Assembly: GCF_018350175.1 (NCBI RefSeq)
Contig: NC_058370.1
Location: forward strand, 3,720,001-3,784,000
DNA length: 64,000 nucleotides
Direction of reading: 5' to 3'
Source: Felis catus
Lineage: Eukaryota
Below the pieces are notes generated by a model that ran no database searches, had not been told where the DNA came from, and saw nothing but the letters and a program-made list of their open reading frames with translations. The number at the start of each line of letters is the position of its first letter. Position 1 is the first letter of the stretch. Shown piece by piece: positions 48,336-61,699 of this stretch. The position numbers and the translations under genes are program-made.

Positions 48336-49144
48336 AAGGAGGAACAAGAAAGAAAGAAAACCATTTGCCAGACCAAGGATAAGAGCCAGCCCCCGTGGGG
48401 ATTTGAAAGGAACCATACACATAGGAGACCAGAGTCAAGAAAACTAATAGCATAAAAAGGAACATCAAGACTTCACAGGTCACAGGGATAATGTGGGGGG
48501 GGGGGGGGGGGGGGGCGCGGTCAATGCGTTCCTTGGGAATCAGTGACTTCTGGTTTTGAAGCTGTTGGTTCAGGACATGTTTCCTGTAGCTCTTGGCCCT
48601 GACTCTAGAGGACGGCACATTGGACACAGCCCAAGACTTAACATAAGGACGCGGTGCTGTCTCCTTGCGAACCACGCCCCTTCTCCATGCCTGGCAGCAG
48701 AAAAGCACAGTGGCTAATGGCTTGCATATCTGACCTTTCCCGACTCGGTGTGGGATATTTCCCTGCTCACGCAGTCCTCTGAGCCCATTAAAAAATAAGA
48801 AGCAACATCCCTTTCCACTTAATACTCAAGCAACTTGCACGAGTTTTTACAGCTCAGACGTGACCTTCAGACTTATTGCGGCCTTGGGAATCTGAGGTCT
48901 GGGACATCTGGAAGCAGTCGTGTTTCCGAGCGTACATCCCAGGCACTGCTGATGGGCGTTCAGCCTTCCGTGGCTTAGGTGGCCCAGAGCATGGCAACTT
49001 GAGTTCTCATCAAACGGAGAGAAAAAAGTCATCAAAGATCAACTCGACCGGAGGATTTATTTGTGTGCCAAGAACTTAGAAGAACTGTCACCACAGACAG
49101 TTCTGGGGACTGCATGCACGATACGCAATTAATGTCTGCTGAAA

Positions 49145-49287
49145 TATACGTACGCGTATGATACACACAGCGAGGCAGCGCTCGTGTGCGCGTGTGGTGA
49201 CGATGTAACACGTATAGTATACGCGGTGAGGCAGCACTGATGTGCGCGTGATGACATATATATAATATATACGTTGAGGTACCACAG

Positions 49288-49323
<36 letters not shown>

Positions 49324-49335
49324 ACACACGTATGT
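49145..49335. repeat. Degenerate ~55-bp tandem repeat in alternating purine-pyrimidine sequence, followed by (TG)n
   Basis: gaggcagc.ct..tgtgcgcgtg recurs at ~49172 and ~49228, with a partial third copy; (TG)~16 at 49290-49322. Confidence 0.75.
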
Positions 49336-49579
49336 GTTCTACATGCAGCAAGGAACCGCTGGCAAAGCCAAAACGCTCCCCTGCTCCTCTCGACTCTCCC
49401 GGAAGGAATGGGCCACGTGGATTTGGTCCATGCCTTTCCAGGCCAACGCTTCAAGTGCACGCCTGCCTTGCACGCATGCTTGCTCACACACGCTTTCTCC
49501 TTCTCTCCTAGCCCCCTTCCCACACCTATTTACATATGTCTGATATGACCTGGGGGGAGGCGGGGAGGTCAGGTTTACA

Positions 49580-49970
49580 AACATGTTATCACTGTACATT
49601 TTGTCGTGCAACTTGACCTTATCGTAGAAATTTGGTCCGTTGCTTTTCACTAACTGCCCAGCATCCCGGGTGAGAACACATCACATTTGATCTGTGTGGC
49701 TACGTGGGTTGTTTTCAGTTATTATTACCTGCAGTGCCCTCGCTGTAAGGACCCCCGGGCACGGGCCTCCTTGCTCACGTCTCCTTGCCTAGAAATAGAC
49801 GTGGGGGGCATGCACATTTCTAATTTCACTGGATTCTGCCGAAGCGCCACTCCAAAATGACCACGCCACCTGCACCTGAGACGTAAGAGAGCTGTTTCCC
49901 CGCATTTTTGCCAACGCTTGACATCGTCAAAGGCTTACATTTTTTTCTCAGTCCCTTGGGTGAAACAAAG
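49580..49970 (-). mobile_element. Old L1 3' fragment, reverse orientation
   Basis: gggttgttttcagtt...gcatgcacatttctaattt...gtttccccgcatttttgccaacgcttgacatcgtcaa resembles reverse L1ME. Confidence 0.6.
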
Positions 49971-51448
49971 CCCTGCCCCTTCCTTCTTCTTCTGTCTTCT
50001 TCTAATTGTCTCTGTTCCTTTCTTGGCTGGGGCACTGCCTAGAACATCATACACGACTGTTTCCCCGGTCCTCCTGGGTCACTGACGGCAAGTGCTGCTG
50101 CGTGAGGCCACGGAAGGGGGTGTGACTCACCAGTGGTCCCGTGGCTGAGAGAGGGCTGTGAGTCTGCAGGCAAGTCTCCTGTGGTCCCATCAGGGGCCTA
50201 TGTGTGCAAAGACAGGGGTGGAGAAGCAGGTCGGGGCCGCCGTGAAAAGTAAGTATCTTCTCCCTATTTCTACAAAGTCCCGACGTGAATCCGTGGAGCA
50301 TCGGAATTCAGTCTCCCTGAAGCAACCGGTGAAATATGATGCTATCACACACCGAGAAGGGAGGGAAGGAGGCGCCCGCTGGGACATGCACATGCCTGCC
50401 ACCTTAGGAGAAGGCTCTAGAGAAGGCTCCTGGGCTCCCGTCCAAGCCTAGGGCAACTCCCCTCAGCCCTCCGAGCCTCGGCCTGGCAGCCCGATAAGTG
50501 GGGCCGTACTGCTCCCCCAGGGCCCTGGTAGAACCGAAGCAAACCATGCTCCTGAGCGATCAGCGTCACATCACCAGTGAGCTACCCCCAGGCCTCTCCC
50601 CTCTCTGCCCAGACGTCTGCACGAAGCCCGTCACCCTCTGCTCCACTCCAACACTCTTCTCTGGACTGCTGCTGATAGGTTCAGTGTCCCTCCACTCGTC
50701 CAGCCAGAGACCACCCAGCAGGAAAGCTTGACACCTTCTAGTGTCCCAGTGTTGACTGGGGCAAGAATGAGGTGGGAGCAAGTTCACCGGCCTTTAAGAT
50801 CTCCCCAAAGCAGGTCAGGGTTAAGCTGAGAGGCCGCTCTGGGCCCTGTCAACCCCGAGGGGCCCACTGCTGGCTGGCCCCTCTTCAAGGCCGCCGGCTT
50901 GCATTCTTCGTGGGCAGCTGCCCAGGGCGCCTGGCATGGCCGAGCCTCCTTAGTATTCACCAAGCTGCTCCGGCCTCCTCGGCAGAGCGGGCTGGAATAC
51001 AGATGCCCCACATCGGAACGCACAAGCCCCACTGAGGCAGGCGGAGCATCCCAGCAAGCGGGGGAGCCAAACGTACCTGCCAGAGCAGACTCCAGCACGC
51101 CTGGCCGCTTAGGAAGAAGGGACAGGTCACACCCTCTGTGGGGTCAACCCGCGTACGTGGGAGGCGGTTCAGGCCATCACTCCAATCCCACTCTGCCGTT
51201 GCCGCTTTCTAGAGGCTCTCGGGAAAGCCCTGGGAGAGGCTGGCTGTCCGTCTGCCGCTAAATGATGCTGTGTTTACAGTCACAGAGGCAGCATCGCTGG
51301 ACCGTGGCCGTAATTTACAGCCAGTCACCGTGGTTCTGAACACTTCGGGAATCCGTACGTGCTCTCTGCTCTGACCTCTATTCCAGTTTATTTTGTGCTC
51401 ATACCAAAGCATATAAAGCATCTCTCTCTACATGGGACCTTCCAAATA

Positions 51449-51942
51449 CAGGTTTCCCCCGCTATCTGAAAGTAGAATGTTCCTCAGGAAACCTTTCAGA
51501 AGCCGAAAGAACATGAAGCAGAGAAGCAATCGCCACGAATTTATACGGAGAATTTTCTTAGCATTCCCAGACCCCAAAACGAACCTCTCTTGGACTTCTC
51601 TGAAATCTGAGCACCCAACTCAATAAGAGATGCACAAAATAAATCGAGATGAGGCACAGATGATCACAGACACAGTTTAGACTCTGGCGGTCGGATGCTG
51701 AGATTCTGAGTGTGGCTCCCGGGGAAGGAGCTGGGGGGAGGGTGTGGGGGGGGGGCGCTACCCGTGCAACCTAGGGTGTGCTCCCACTATGACAGTTCAC
51801 TGAAAAACCAACACTGAATGCATTTACGAAAATCTGCTTTGGATTACTTCTGGTTAGCAGTTAGCAAAAACAGGTACTGAGCGGGTCTTTCATAAAAGTG
51901 ATGTGGCCTAACACCAGCTTTTGGAGGGGGCGGGGATACCTG
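51449..51942. mobile_element. Tigger-like (TcMar) non-autonomous DNA transposon, ~494 bp
   Basis: Left end TA|caggtttcccccgc; right end gcggggatacctg (reverse complement caggtatccccgc). These form terminal inverted repeats with a TA target on the left. Confidence 0.8.
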
Positions 51943-52141
51943 GAACCTAGCACATTGTCTGCTCTGATCCCAAATAAACGAAACCTCCGTCGAACGTGTA
52001 TGGTTGATGGTTACAGGACAGGGCTAAGGCATCAGCTCCTAAAAGCCTCCCCAAAGCAAAGCAAAATAAACACCCTCTATGAGGTAGATACTGTTAAATC
52101 CTCATTTTCTAGAAAGACATGGAGTTTAAGAGGCAAAATGA

Positions 52142-52250
52142 GGGGTGCCTGGATGGCTCAGTCGGTTAAGTGTCCAACTCTTGATTTCCACTCGGGTCAT
52201 GATCTCACCACTGTGAGATTACATCCCACGTCAGGCACTACACTGACAGT
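52142..52250 (+). mobile_element. Can-SINE truncated by assembly gap
   Basis: ggggtgcctggatggctcagtcggttaagtgtcc head running into Ns. Confidence 0.9.
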
Positions 52251-52426
52251 NNNNNNNNNNNNNNNNNNNNNNNNNNNNNNNNNNNNNNNNNNNNNNNNNN
52301 NNNNNNNNNNNNNNNNNNNNNNNNNNNNNNNNNNNNNNNNNNNNNNNNNNNNNNNNNNNNNNNNNNNNNNNNNNNNNNNNNNNNNNNNNNNNNNNNNNNN
52401 NNNNNNNNNNNNNNNNNNNNNNNNNN
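52251..52426. other. Assembly gap (176 N)
   Basis: Run of N. Confidence 1.
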
Positions 52427-52719
52427 GTAAAATGAAAAATACGTGACCCCCAAATCCTCAGTCAATAAGATATTCATGTGAAAATGTTCGCAGAATAATG
52501 TGAGGTTAACCCACAGATACAGCCAACAGCATGATTCCATTTTGTTTACAGAACCTATATCTGCACACAGGAATAGGGAAAAACACAAGGAGCTCGCCCA
52601 AGACGCCATCGGCGTTCACCTCTGGGAAGTGGGGCTACGTCTGGTGTGGTCTTTATCTTCACGTAAAAGATGGCGGGGGGAGGGAGCTGTGGCCAGGAGG
52701 TGGCTGTGCCATCCCCCCT

Positions 52720-52870
52720 CTGGGGCTCAGTTTCCCCATCGGTAACGTGGAGATAAAAACAGCACCTGCTTCAAAGGGCTGTTTGAAGACTGAAGGGTTA
52801 ATTCACGGAGAGTGCAGAGAACGGTATCAGACGTGCTGTCCAAAAACGTTAGTTGCTAATATCAGCAGAA
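52720..52870 (+). mobile_element. MIR fragment
   Basis: ctcagtttccccatcggtaacgtggagataaaaacagcacctgcttcaaagggctgtt matches the MIR core. Confidence 0.75.
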
Positions 52871-53719
52871 TCCACCATTGCCTGACGTCCCCCTCCTCGA
52901 GGTCACAGACACCCACGACAGAATCACGACCGAGCCACCAGTCCGGGCCTCCGGCAAGGGACAGTCAAGATCATCATGGGCAGTTGGCCAGATGCTATTT
53001 ATAAGCCGATGCTGAGCGAAGGCACAAACAAGGACACCTTTGGAGCCCAACTATGTGTGACCTTCTGGACTCTCACCCACTTCTGTTTATTACGATTCCA
53101 GTCCCGTGGCCCCGCTGGGTAAAACGCCCGCCAGACCTTTGTGGCCCAGGCTCGATTTCACACCCCTCCCTCCCTTGCTTGGGCACTTGGGAGATCTTTC
53201 CCACAAGCAGAGTGCAGCCAAGCCCTCTAACAGAACTCGCTGCCGACATTAACACAAAGAAGGGGTGCTGGCTACGTCGCAGCTTTGCTCAGAACGCGAA
53301 CAGCAAAACGAAAATCAAGGTTGAATTCCTTAGCTCCATGGTCTCCTCTAACATCAACACGGCAGAAGGTGGTGCCCTGACCTAACAGAGCAAATGTTAA
53401 TCAAAGGCAGGACGCAGGTCACCTCCCGGTTGAGCGCTTCCTTGGCAGTGGGCAAGACCAGCTTCGGAGCTGGAGGCTCAGGCTGGGGAGCGGGGTCCGG
53501 GGCGAATGTGGGGCCTCCCTGGTTTATCATCAACACTCACTCGGCATCGCTTCGGCGAAATCCGTGCTCCCTCTAGCAAAGGAGAGCCACACCAAAGGCC
53601 GTGCAAGCATCCTCCCAGGGGTTCGAACCCAGCAAGTCCCGTGCGTCCAAACTCCCACGCTTATCAGAGATGCAAAAGACCTATGGGAGATAAGCTACAG
53701 TTTAAGTTAAAAAAATAAA

Positions 53720-54600
53720 ATAAACAAGAAACCAGGAAAAAGCTGAAAGAGGAATAAAGTACGGGGAACAGATCGCTCTGCTATGAAGACATACAATCCA
53801 GTGATAATTAGGGGCGACTGGGTGGCTCAGTCAGTCAAGCATCTGACTCTTGATTTCCGCTCAGGTCATGGTCTCGCAGTTCATGGGTTTGAGCCCCATG
53901 TTGGGCTCCGTGCCCAGCATGGAGCCTGCTTGGGATTCTCTCCCTCTCTCTCTGCCCCTCCCCCACTCAGGCTCGCTCGCTCTCTTTCTCTCTCTCTCTC
54001 TCTGAAAATAAATAAACTTAAAAAAACACAATGCTAATCAGAACAACGTGGTTTTGTGGCGAGAATAGTTGTCAATGAGACAAAATGAAAAGTCCAAACG
54101 CAGACCTCAATTCACGCGGGAACTTAATATCTTTGTAGAGAACGAAGACGAAAATCAGGGAGAAATGGGATCACTCAGCGCGTGGAGTTAGGACAATCGG
54201 TGGCACGTGGGAAGAAAAGTAGGTTTGCTCTGTCCCTCACGTTTTACACGAAAGTGAATTCCAGATTTCTCGGAGCTGTGAGCACAGGAAAAATGAAAGC
54301 GTAAGAAGGGTAAACATTTAAAAAAATAATCTCCGAGTGGAGGAGGCCTCTCTAACCATGATACGAAACCCCGAAGCCATAAACGAAAGAACATCTCGAT
54401 AAACTCACCTACATAAAAACCAGACTTTCTGTACGACAAAAACTGGATAAGCAGTTGAAACACCAGCATCAAAAAGTCCTTCCAGCTCGCATCTCAGACA
54501 AAGGGCTAAACTCCCTAATGTACGAGAATTCAGAAACAGAAGACAGAAAAAACAAGCAAACAGTAGAGAAGTGAGCGGGGAGAAAGTGGCCCCTGCCACA
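53720..54600 (+). mobile_element. Old L1 ORF2 fragment interrupted by a SINE
   Basis: ctaatcagaacaacgtggttttgtggcgagaatag..aaaatgaaaagtccaaacgcagacc resembles the L1 ORF2 KTVWYW.KNR..E.PEID region. Confidence 0.7.
53811..54027 (+). mobile_element. Can-SINE
   Basis: ggggcgactgggtggctcagtcagtcaagcatc head, CT tract, aaataaataaacttaaaaaaa tail. Confidence 0.93.
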
Positions 54601-54706
54601 ACCAGACGACGTCCCGGCGGCCAGAGATGTTGCCGCCAGGACATGCAGAAAACCGCGTGGTGGCCGCAGCGACCCCTTCAGTGGCTGAGTCCCGCCTTCT
54701 TACCCA

Positions 54707-54753
54707 TGACCTCCTGACCCCGTGACCTCCTGACCCCGTGACCTCCTGACCCC
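54707..54753. repeat. 3 x 16-bp tandem repeat
   Basis: tgacctcctgaccccg repeated three times. Confidence 0.9.
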
Positions 54754-57126
54754 TCCTGTGCTACCCCCTTCTGCACCACCGGGACCCCACAGTGGAAGGG
54801 CCCCCTTTCTTGACAACATCCCACCGCGCTGGCCCTTGCTTCCTGCATTCCTTCTAGAATCATCCGGCTCATGCCCCAAACCGCACAAGCAGCCCCTCCC
54901 CGCCCTTCTCACTGGGAGGCTGCCAAGGCCCCCGGAAGCTAAGTCCTCCCACGCTGCAGCAAGTTCAATAAAACTAACTTTATTGGACTCCCACGAGTGT
55001 TGCCGCTGGTGTCTGAGGGCTAATCTTTGGGAGCCTGACGGACAGAAAGAACTAGTTAAACATTGATTAGCAGCCGCACCAGAGACCCTTCCAGGAGCCA
55101 AAAGGATCCTAGGATTCTAGGATCTAGAATCCTTCTAGGATTCACTCTCTGGGGACAGTGAACGGAAGATGGTCCCTTGGCCTGGGGACCCCGAATCTAC
55201 AACCATTTCAACACGATGCTTCGGCGACCCCAGGGAAGGAACGTTTGCTAGGAGGACAGTGAGGAGAGAGAAGACATCTCCCGCTGGGACGTCACACTTC
55301 GACGTACGCACACGGCCTCCACCCGACACTGAAGGGCCGTATCCATTCTGCATGGATGACCGTACCCTGACAGACGCGGAGCTAAAGACCTGGGACGCGG
55401 GGCGTGAGGCAGGGGGGCTCGGCTCTCACGGAGCCAACAGTCCAGTGGGTGACAGAACCAGACGGCACCCCAACTCAGAAGTGATGGTAGGTTCTGGGTG
55501 TCCCCAGGGACCAAGGAGGTGTGATGGATCCTGGTGAAGAAGTTGTTCTTGGACGAGGATGGGAAGGGAGAGCAGCACTCAGCGAGGCAAAGTCCCAGGT
55601 CTGCACATCTGGGGGGGAGCTCACACCTTGACAGCTCTGGTGCCGGTCATAGCACGTGCCAAGGTCCTGAGGTTGGAAGGACTGCTGTGCCATCACGAGG
55701 CCAGAAGTACAGGGAGGGGCCGGAGCAGGCAGGCCAGACGGGCCCGGTGAGGGGCTTGGGTGTTTTCAATCTGACAAGTCATGCGCGGTCCCCGGGGAAT
55801 TCTGAGCAAGATGGGCACATAGGAGACAGGCTGGAAATACTGGCATAATGAGATTTGAGGTTTAAAAAGATCATTCCAATTACCCAGCAGAAACCCAATT
55901 AGATGGGCCTATCAGAGGAAGCAGGGGGTGGGTCAGGATGCAGCTGTCTCCCCCAGAGGAGACACGAGGAGGCCTGGACCCCACTGGTGGCCGGAGGTGG
56001 CAAGAAGCAGGCGGATTGGAGAGGCTCTCGGGAAGAGTGCAGGACGCGGGGCTACTGGGGGTGATGCGGAGCGAGAGGGAAATGGCCGAGGCCGGCTGGC
56101 TCCCGGGTTTCCGGTGCAGCAGCCAGGTAGAAAGCAGTGCCTTCCCTTGGGAACACTGCAAAAGGAAAAGGGACCGCAGCTCGGGACCCTTCCAGCGCCT
56201 CAGTTTCCCTCAGTGTCAAGTGACCAGGCTGGACTAACTCAGGGCTTTCTGTCTTGTCTCACCTGCCAAGCATGGGCTCCCGCCAATCCCCCGAGGATAC
56301 AAGCCAATCGGATGAGAGGGCACGGGGCACGGAGCCTGGCGTGCCCCCCAATTCTAGGTGGGCCCGTGGGGCACCGCCTCCAAACTCTGAAAACTCTCCC
56401 CAGTAAGCGTCGGTAAAACGGCACACTCCACAGTTTGGCCAGCCCCCACTGCCTCCGTCCGTCTCCGCCACCGGAGTGCGTCTGACTCACCCTCCCTGCC
56501 TGGCCGCCCTCCTGTCCCCCGGTCCACGGGGCCTCCTGGCCCTTCCGGCACCCGGCACAGGAGCACCGGGGGCCGAGCCGTGGCCCGTGCAAGGACGGCG
56601 GTTCTCCACCCAGAAGTTAATGACTTTGCCCTCAGCCCTCGCAAACCCACACAGCAGCTCCCGTGGCACAATGATAAGCCTGTACCCTGCAAAGAAGTTG
56701 GCTCTTAAGACGTGCATTTAAAAATACCCACGGGATGGTGCGGGTATATATAGAGAGAACGGAGCCAGGCACCTCAGCCCACACAGAATGCAAATGTGCG
56801 CCTGGAAGAAATCTTGTGTTGTATCTTAAATAGAGGCCCGAGATAGGAGCGCCACCGAATAACAGAAATGAGTGTTCGGAGCAGCGTGACGGCACCCGGG
56901 CCAAGCCTCGGAGAACAAGGGCTCACATCCCAGTGCTCTGCCGGCTCCCTGGTCCTGACCCCCTGCAAGTATCCCCAGGAACACAGCTGCCCCCCAGTGT
57001 GAGAAAAGACTTGCATCGTTACTTATTTACCGGCATAGTCGGCATTTTTCCATTACCTCCACCATGTTCCAAAAAGGACATAAGCTACCTGACAAAAATA
57101 CCAGTTTAAAATTAAAAAAACGATTG

Positions 57127-57230
57127 GGGCGCCTGGGTGGCTCAGTTGGTTAAGCGTCTGGCTTCAGCTCAGGTCATGATCTCACGGTTCGTGAGTTTGA
57201 GCCCTGCATCAGGCTCTGCACTAACAATGC
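57127..57230 (+). mobile_element. Can-SINE truncated by assembly gap
   Basis: ggggcgcctgggtggctcagttggttaagcgtc head running into Ns. Confidence 0.92.
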
Positions 57231-57390
57231 NNNNNNNNNNNNNNNNNNNNNNNNNNNNNNNNNNNNNNNNNNNNNNNNNNNNNNNNNNNNNNNNNNNNNN
57301 NNNNNNNNNNNNNNNNNNNNNNNNNNNNNNNNNNNNNNNNNNNNNNNNNNNNNNNNNNNNNNNNNNNNNNNNNNNNNNNNNNNNNNNNNN
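57231..57390. other. Assembly gap (160 N)
   Basis: Run of N. Confidence 1.
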
Positions 57391-60300
57391 ATGAAGGAAA
57401 GAAAATCCATGATTCCATGGTTTAAATATACAAAACACATAGAGGATTCTGTGCAGAGACTGGAAGTTTGAATTGAAGTTAGATGCCGGGCTTCCTAGCA
57501 GCCCCGGTGAAGAAAGAAACAAGATCAGCTGCGACACTCTCCACACGCCCAAAATAAAGCAAACCAGCCTTCCCTGGCACCAAGAATAATGTCTTCCTGT
57601 GGTTTCTCACAAAGAAGGTGCAGGGAGCTGGGGGAGGAGCGGACCCAGCCCCAAGTGACCCTCAGACTTCCATCCTATCTATTTCCACTCCCCTCCCCCC
57701 ACCTCCCCCCAGGGTTCTCTGAAAACTTATCAAGATTCTTTCTCCTATCACTTTCATGAGGTTTCTGTCACATATGCCCACTCAGTTACAAGACGGTTTA
57801 CTTTATATTTTAAGACCTCTCGCTTTTGCACCTAACCAAAGTTATCTACTAAGGAAGCTTTGCACCTCTGCTCTGACAAAGGAAATCCGAATCCATTTCC
57901 AGAAATGTTAAGCGGCCACAAAATAAATACAGTGGAAACAAGTCAATGGAATTCTGTTCGGGCGCCGTACCCTCCCAGGGCTCCATGCCTGGGGCTGTTC
58001 TCCACTTGGTAGAAACGGCAAATCAGTTAGCATTTGGGGTCAGACACACCAGCCACACACTAAAAGCTTCTCCTTGATACTCACAACCAGAAGCCTGAAG
58101 GAGAATTCAAAGGGGACAGCCATCTGACCGCAGGATTCTGACATCAAAGCCCCACCTGAGTTACACAGAAGACAGTGGTGCTCAAAGGGCATCCGGACCA
58201 CCACCCACCTGGAAAGTGAGTGTCGCCACGGCAACCAGGCAAGGCTCTGTCCCGGGTACCAATGCCCACCTCCCCCCTTCCCTTAAGGGTCAAGTGCCAC
58301 AGGGCTTCTCTTCCCAGGAAACAAAGTATCAGTTTACAACAGACTGGAAAGTTTTAAATAGGTCCTACCCCGCCGAGCCGTGAGATGCGCTGGCGGGAAA
58401 TCTCTGGTTCCTGCTGGGGCTGTGTCCACCTTCTAAGAAACAGGGGTCCTGCCATCAGCCTCGGGAAATGTCAGTTCACGAGTCGGAATTCACCTGATAC
58501 CGTGACTGGTCGTATTCATTCCCCGGCCGGCACCCGCTGTGCCCCAGCTTTCCGCTCATCAGCCCCGGAGTCCTTTCTGGAAATCTGCTCGAGCCCACCT
58601 TCTGAACTTTATTATAAAACAGGACCACCGCCATTCCCACCACCACCACCACCACCGCTGCCATAATCACAGCAGCCCCCACCCACACAGCAGCTACCAT
58701 TTGCCCCGCACTGACCCTGCTCCCGGACCTGTACGGACCACCGACCCATTTAGTCCACCCAGCAGCCCTCGGGACAGGTCCGATCGTTGCTTCCCTCTTG
58801 CGGACAAGGGGACCGAGTTAACGAGGGACGACACCAAGCTGGCCGATGAGCGGCAGGAGTCCGCGTCACGCGCGGCAGCCAGGATCCCGACCCTCCTTCT
58901 CGACGCCTTCCTGCCTGATTCCTGACACCGTGCCGTCTCACTGAACCTGGCAGGGCGGCCGCCACGCGGCGTGAGGTGTGCCTACCCTTGAGGCCGGCAC
59001 CTCATGAATTCAGAGGAACAGCCCTCGTACGGAAGAGGCGGGCACGGGGCCCAGCCCACGTCCCCGGCCCTCACACCGTCGCTCGTGTCTGCATTCGTGC
59101 CGGCATCCGTTCTTTCATTTCTTCCTCCCTCCAGAGTCACTGGCTCCAGTCCACGCACGACCAGCGGTGGACACGGCAGGCAAGGCCCCCATCCCGTGAC
59201 GGGCCCGTCCTGGTCGGTGCAGACATCACACAGCAGCCGGCAAAGGCATCAGGGATTGTGGCAGAGAGCGGGGACAGGGGGCCCACTTTAAATGGGGTGC
59301 CATTTAACCCGAGGCCCAAAGAATAATGAGCTGAGCAGGTGACAAGCCAGGGACAAGGGTCCCTAGTGAAGGAGAGACAGGAGCAGCCAGGGAAAGAGGC
59401 TGACAAGGTCAAAGGGCATGGAAAAGGTCACAGTGGCCGGAGCGCTGTGGGCAGCGGGGAGAGAAACAGCAGACCGCGTGCCAGGAGGGGTGCCCGGCTC
59501 TGCCTCCTCGACCCGCCCATCCTCAGAACCACCTGTGAGGTGGCTAATTTCCCCGTCACCGTCACCAGTAAGGAAAATGAGGAGCAAAGTCACGAGGCAA
59601 GCAGCCGGAAGCCAGGCTTCCATCCCACACGGCCTGGGGCTCCAGGACCACGCCCCCGACCCCCGGCCACGTGGCCGCCGCGCCACAGGGATGGAAGGCG
59701 ACATCGGCAAGGAAGCCTGGATTCGTTCCGCTCGAGGGCAGTGGGAAGCGGGGCAGGATGAGCTCTGATTTGCACTCTGAGAGCCGCTCCTGGCTCTGGG
59801 CGGAGGGGGGCCCACAGAGGACAGGAGAGGGCGCAGGAGGCCGGCCACGAGGCTGGTGACGCTGTCCAACAGCCGCGTGAAACCGGCGGCGGAGAAACCA
59901 GAAAGCTCACCACGAGCTGGGGGAGGAGGCGGAGGTGGGCAGTCAAGATTTCACAAAGCAGGGGGACGCACAGGCGGGATCCGGGGGGCTAGGGAAGGGC
60001 AGAAGGGACCTTGCAGCAAAGACGTGGGGGCCAGGCTGGGCCCGGGGGCCCTTCGCCCTCAGTGGCAGATTCTTTCGCTCTCCCTTCCATTCATTCCACA
60101 TTTCGGTGAGTCCCCCAGATGCACGAGCAGGGCCGGGTGTGACGGGACCACAACCAGCACCGCCCAGAGTCGCCGGCAGCCCCGAGCCCAGAGGGGTGTC
60201 GGAAGCCCGGCGGCTCCCTCGGGAGATGTCGCAGGGACAATATGTACAAATGGACGGCAGGAAGGACCCCAGAGGCCCCCTAGACCCCTTCCATCGCAGG

Positions 60301-61699
60301 AGGGACGGGATCCTGTTTACGTACTCCTGGTGACGGTGAGCTTCCTCTCTCACCCCAGCCGTCGGTGGGCGGTGCTTAACACGGCCGGCTCCCATAGCCA
60401 GGCACACCATACTGGGCCACCTGTGCCTGTCCCCAGGCCAGCGCCGGGCCAGGATGCCCTGAAGCGAACCTGCCCCCGGGCACACGCCTGTGGCGTGTGT
60501 ACCCAGCTCCCTACCGCTTTCTTCTCCAGCAGAAAAGGTCAGCCATGGCTGACGAGGCACTTGAGGAAAGCCTGTCACGTGCAAAAGAGACCACGATAAA
60601 CAGACAGGAGAAAGAAACTCCCCAGAAGAAGAAGACGAGTCAGGACGCATTCATTTAAAAGCACAAACTCCAGTGAGAATTCTCAGAGAGGAAGTGTGTG
60701 CTCAGAGGCCACGGAAAGCTGGCTGCCTGCTCCTCCCCGCAGGTCCCGGGGCCACCCTCCGGAACCACACGGGACAAATCCCACCCTTTCTTTCCAAGGC
60801 TGTCATCCCCCAAGTCTGTTCTAGAATAAATAACCACAGCCCCCGCAGTGTTCTTGCAAATGCCGGTTTGCCTAAGTACTTGGGAAAACACAGGGTCCTG
60901 AAGTGAACCCAACTTCTGGCAGAGGGTCAGGCTGGACCCCAAGCTCCCTGACCCTGTACACTCCCCAGCACCTCCCCAAGGTCTGGGCATAGACCTGCGG
61001 GTGATGAGGCGATTTTAGGGGGTTCAGGGACCTAGCACACAGGGCCACAGAAGTTCATCCCTTTTCAATTTCCCTCTAACCTTGCAGAGAACACGGAAAC
61101 AGCCTTAGCTGGTGCTACCATGATTCTGACACCTGCCGACATTCGTAGCTCTCGGTGTTTTAACCTTGGCGGGAGGTCACGTCTACTTTGAACTAAATGC
61201 TGCTTTACAGTCATGCAAGTGATCCCGGTCTGCCGCTTGAAGTCTTAACAAAAGATTGCCTTTTAAAATGAGTTTAGGTAAAAATAAACTTGAATTAAAA
61301 GACAATATTCACCAAACTACGCTAAGACACAGGCGGGAGAGGGCTCGCAGGCATGTATTCAGCCCTCGTCCCCCTGAGTCTCGGGGTGCAGAGCGCCAGC
61401 CCTGTGCACCTGCACCCAGACCCCACCTCTCTCCGCACACCTCCCTACAGGACAGGCGGGGAGCTCTGTCCCCCTGGCACGCAGAGCAAATCCTGCGGGG
61501 GTGGGGGGGGCATCCTCGGTTCACCCATCCCTTCTTTCCTTTCCCTTCCCTACGGCGACCAGTCACAGTGGCCCCACCTCACACCTGTACCCGCACAGGC
61601 CACCCTCCCAGCGACCGGTCGCCAGCTCTCACCTGGCCCGCACCAGCGACCGCTAACTGGTCGGCCCCTTGCTTCTGCACTTGCCTGCTCCCGAGCGGT

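Noticed and set aside
8497-57394. Recurrent peptide 'AQVMISR..SSPASGS' in many ORFs
   Set aside because: Conceptual translation of Can-SINE copies, not a gene family.
58539-58925. Poly-His/poly-Pro ORFs
   Set aside because: Arise from a (CAC)n simple repeat next to a MIR-like fragment.
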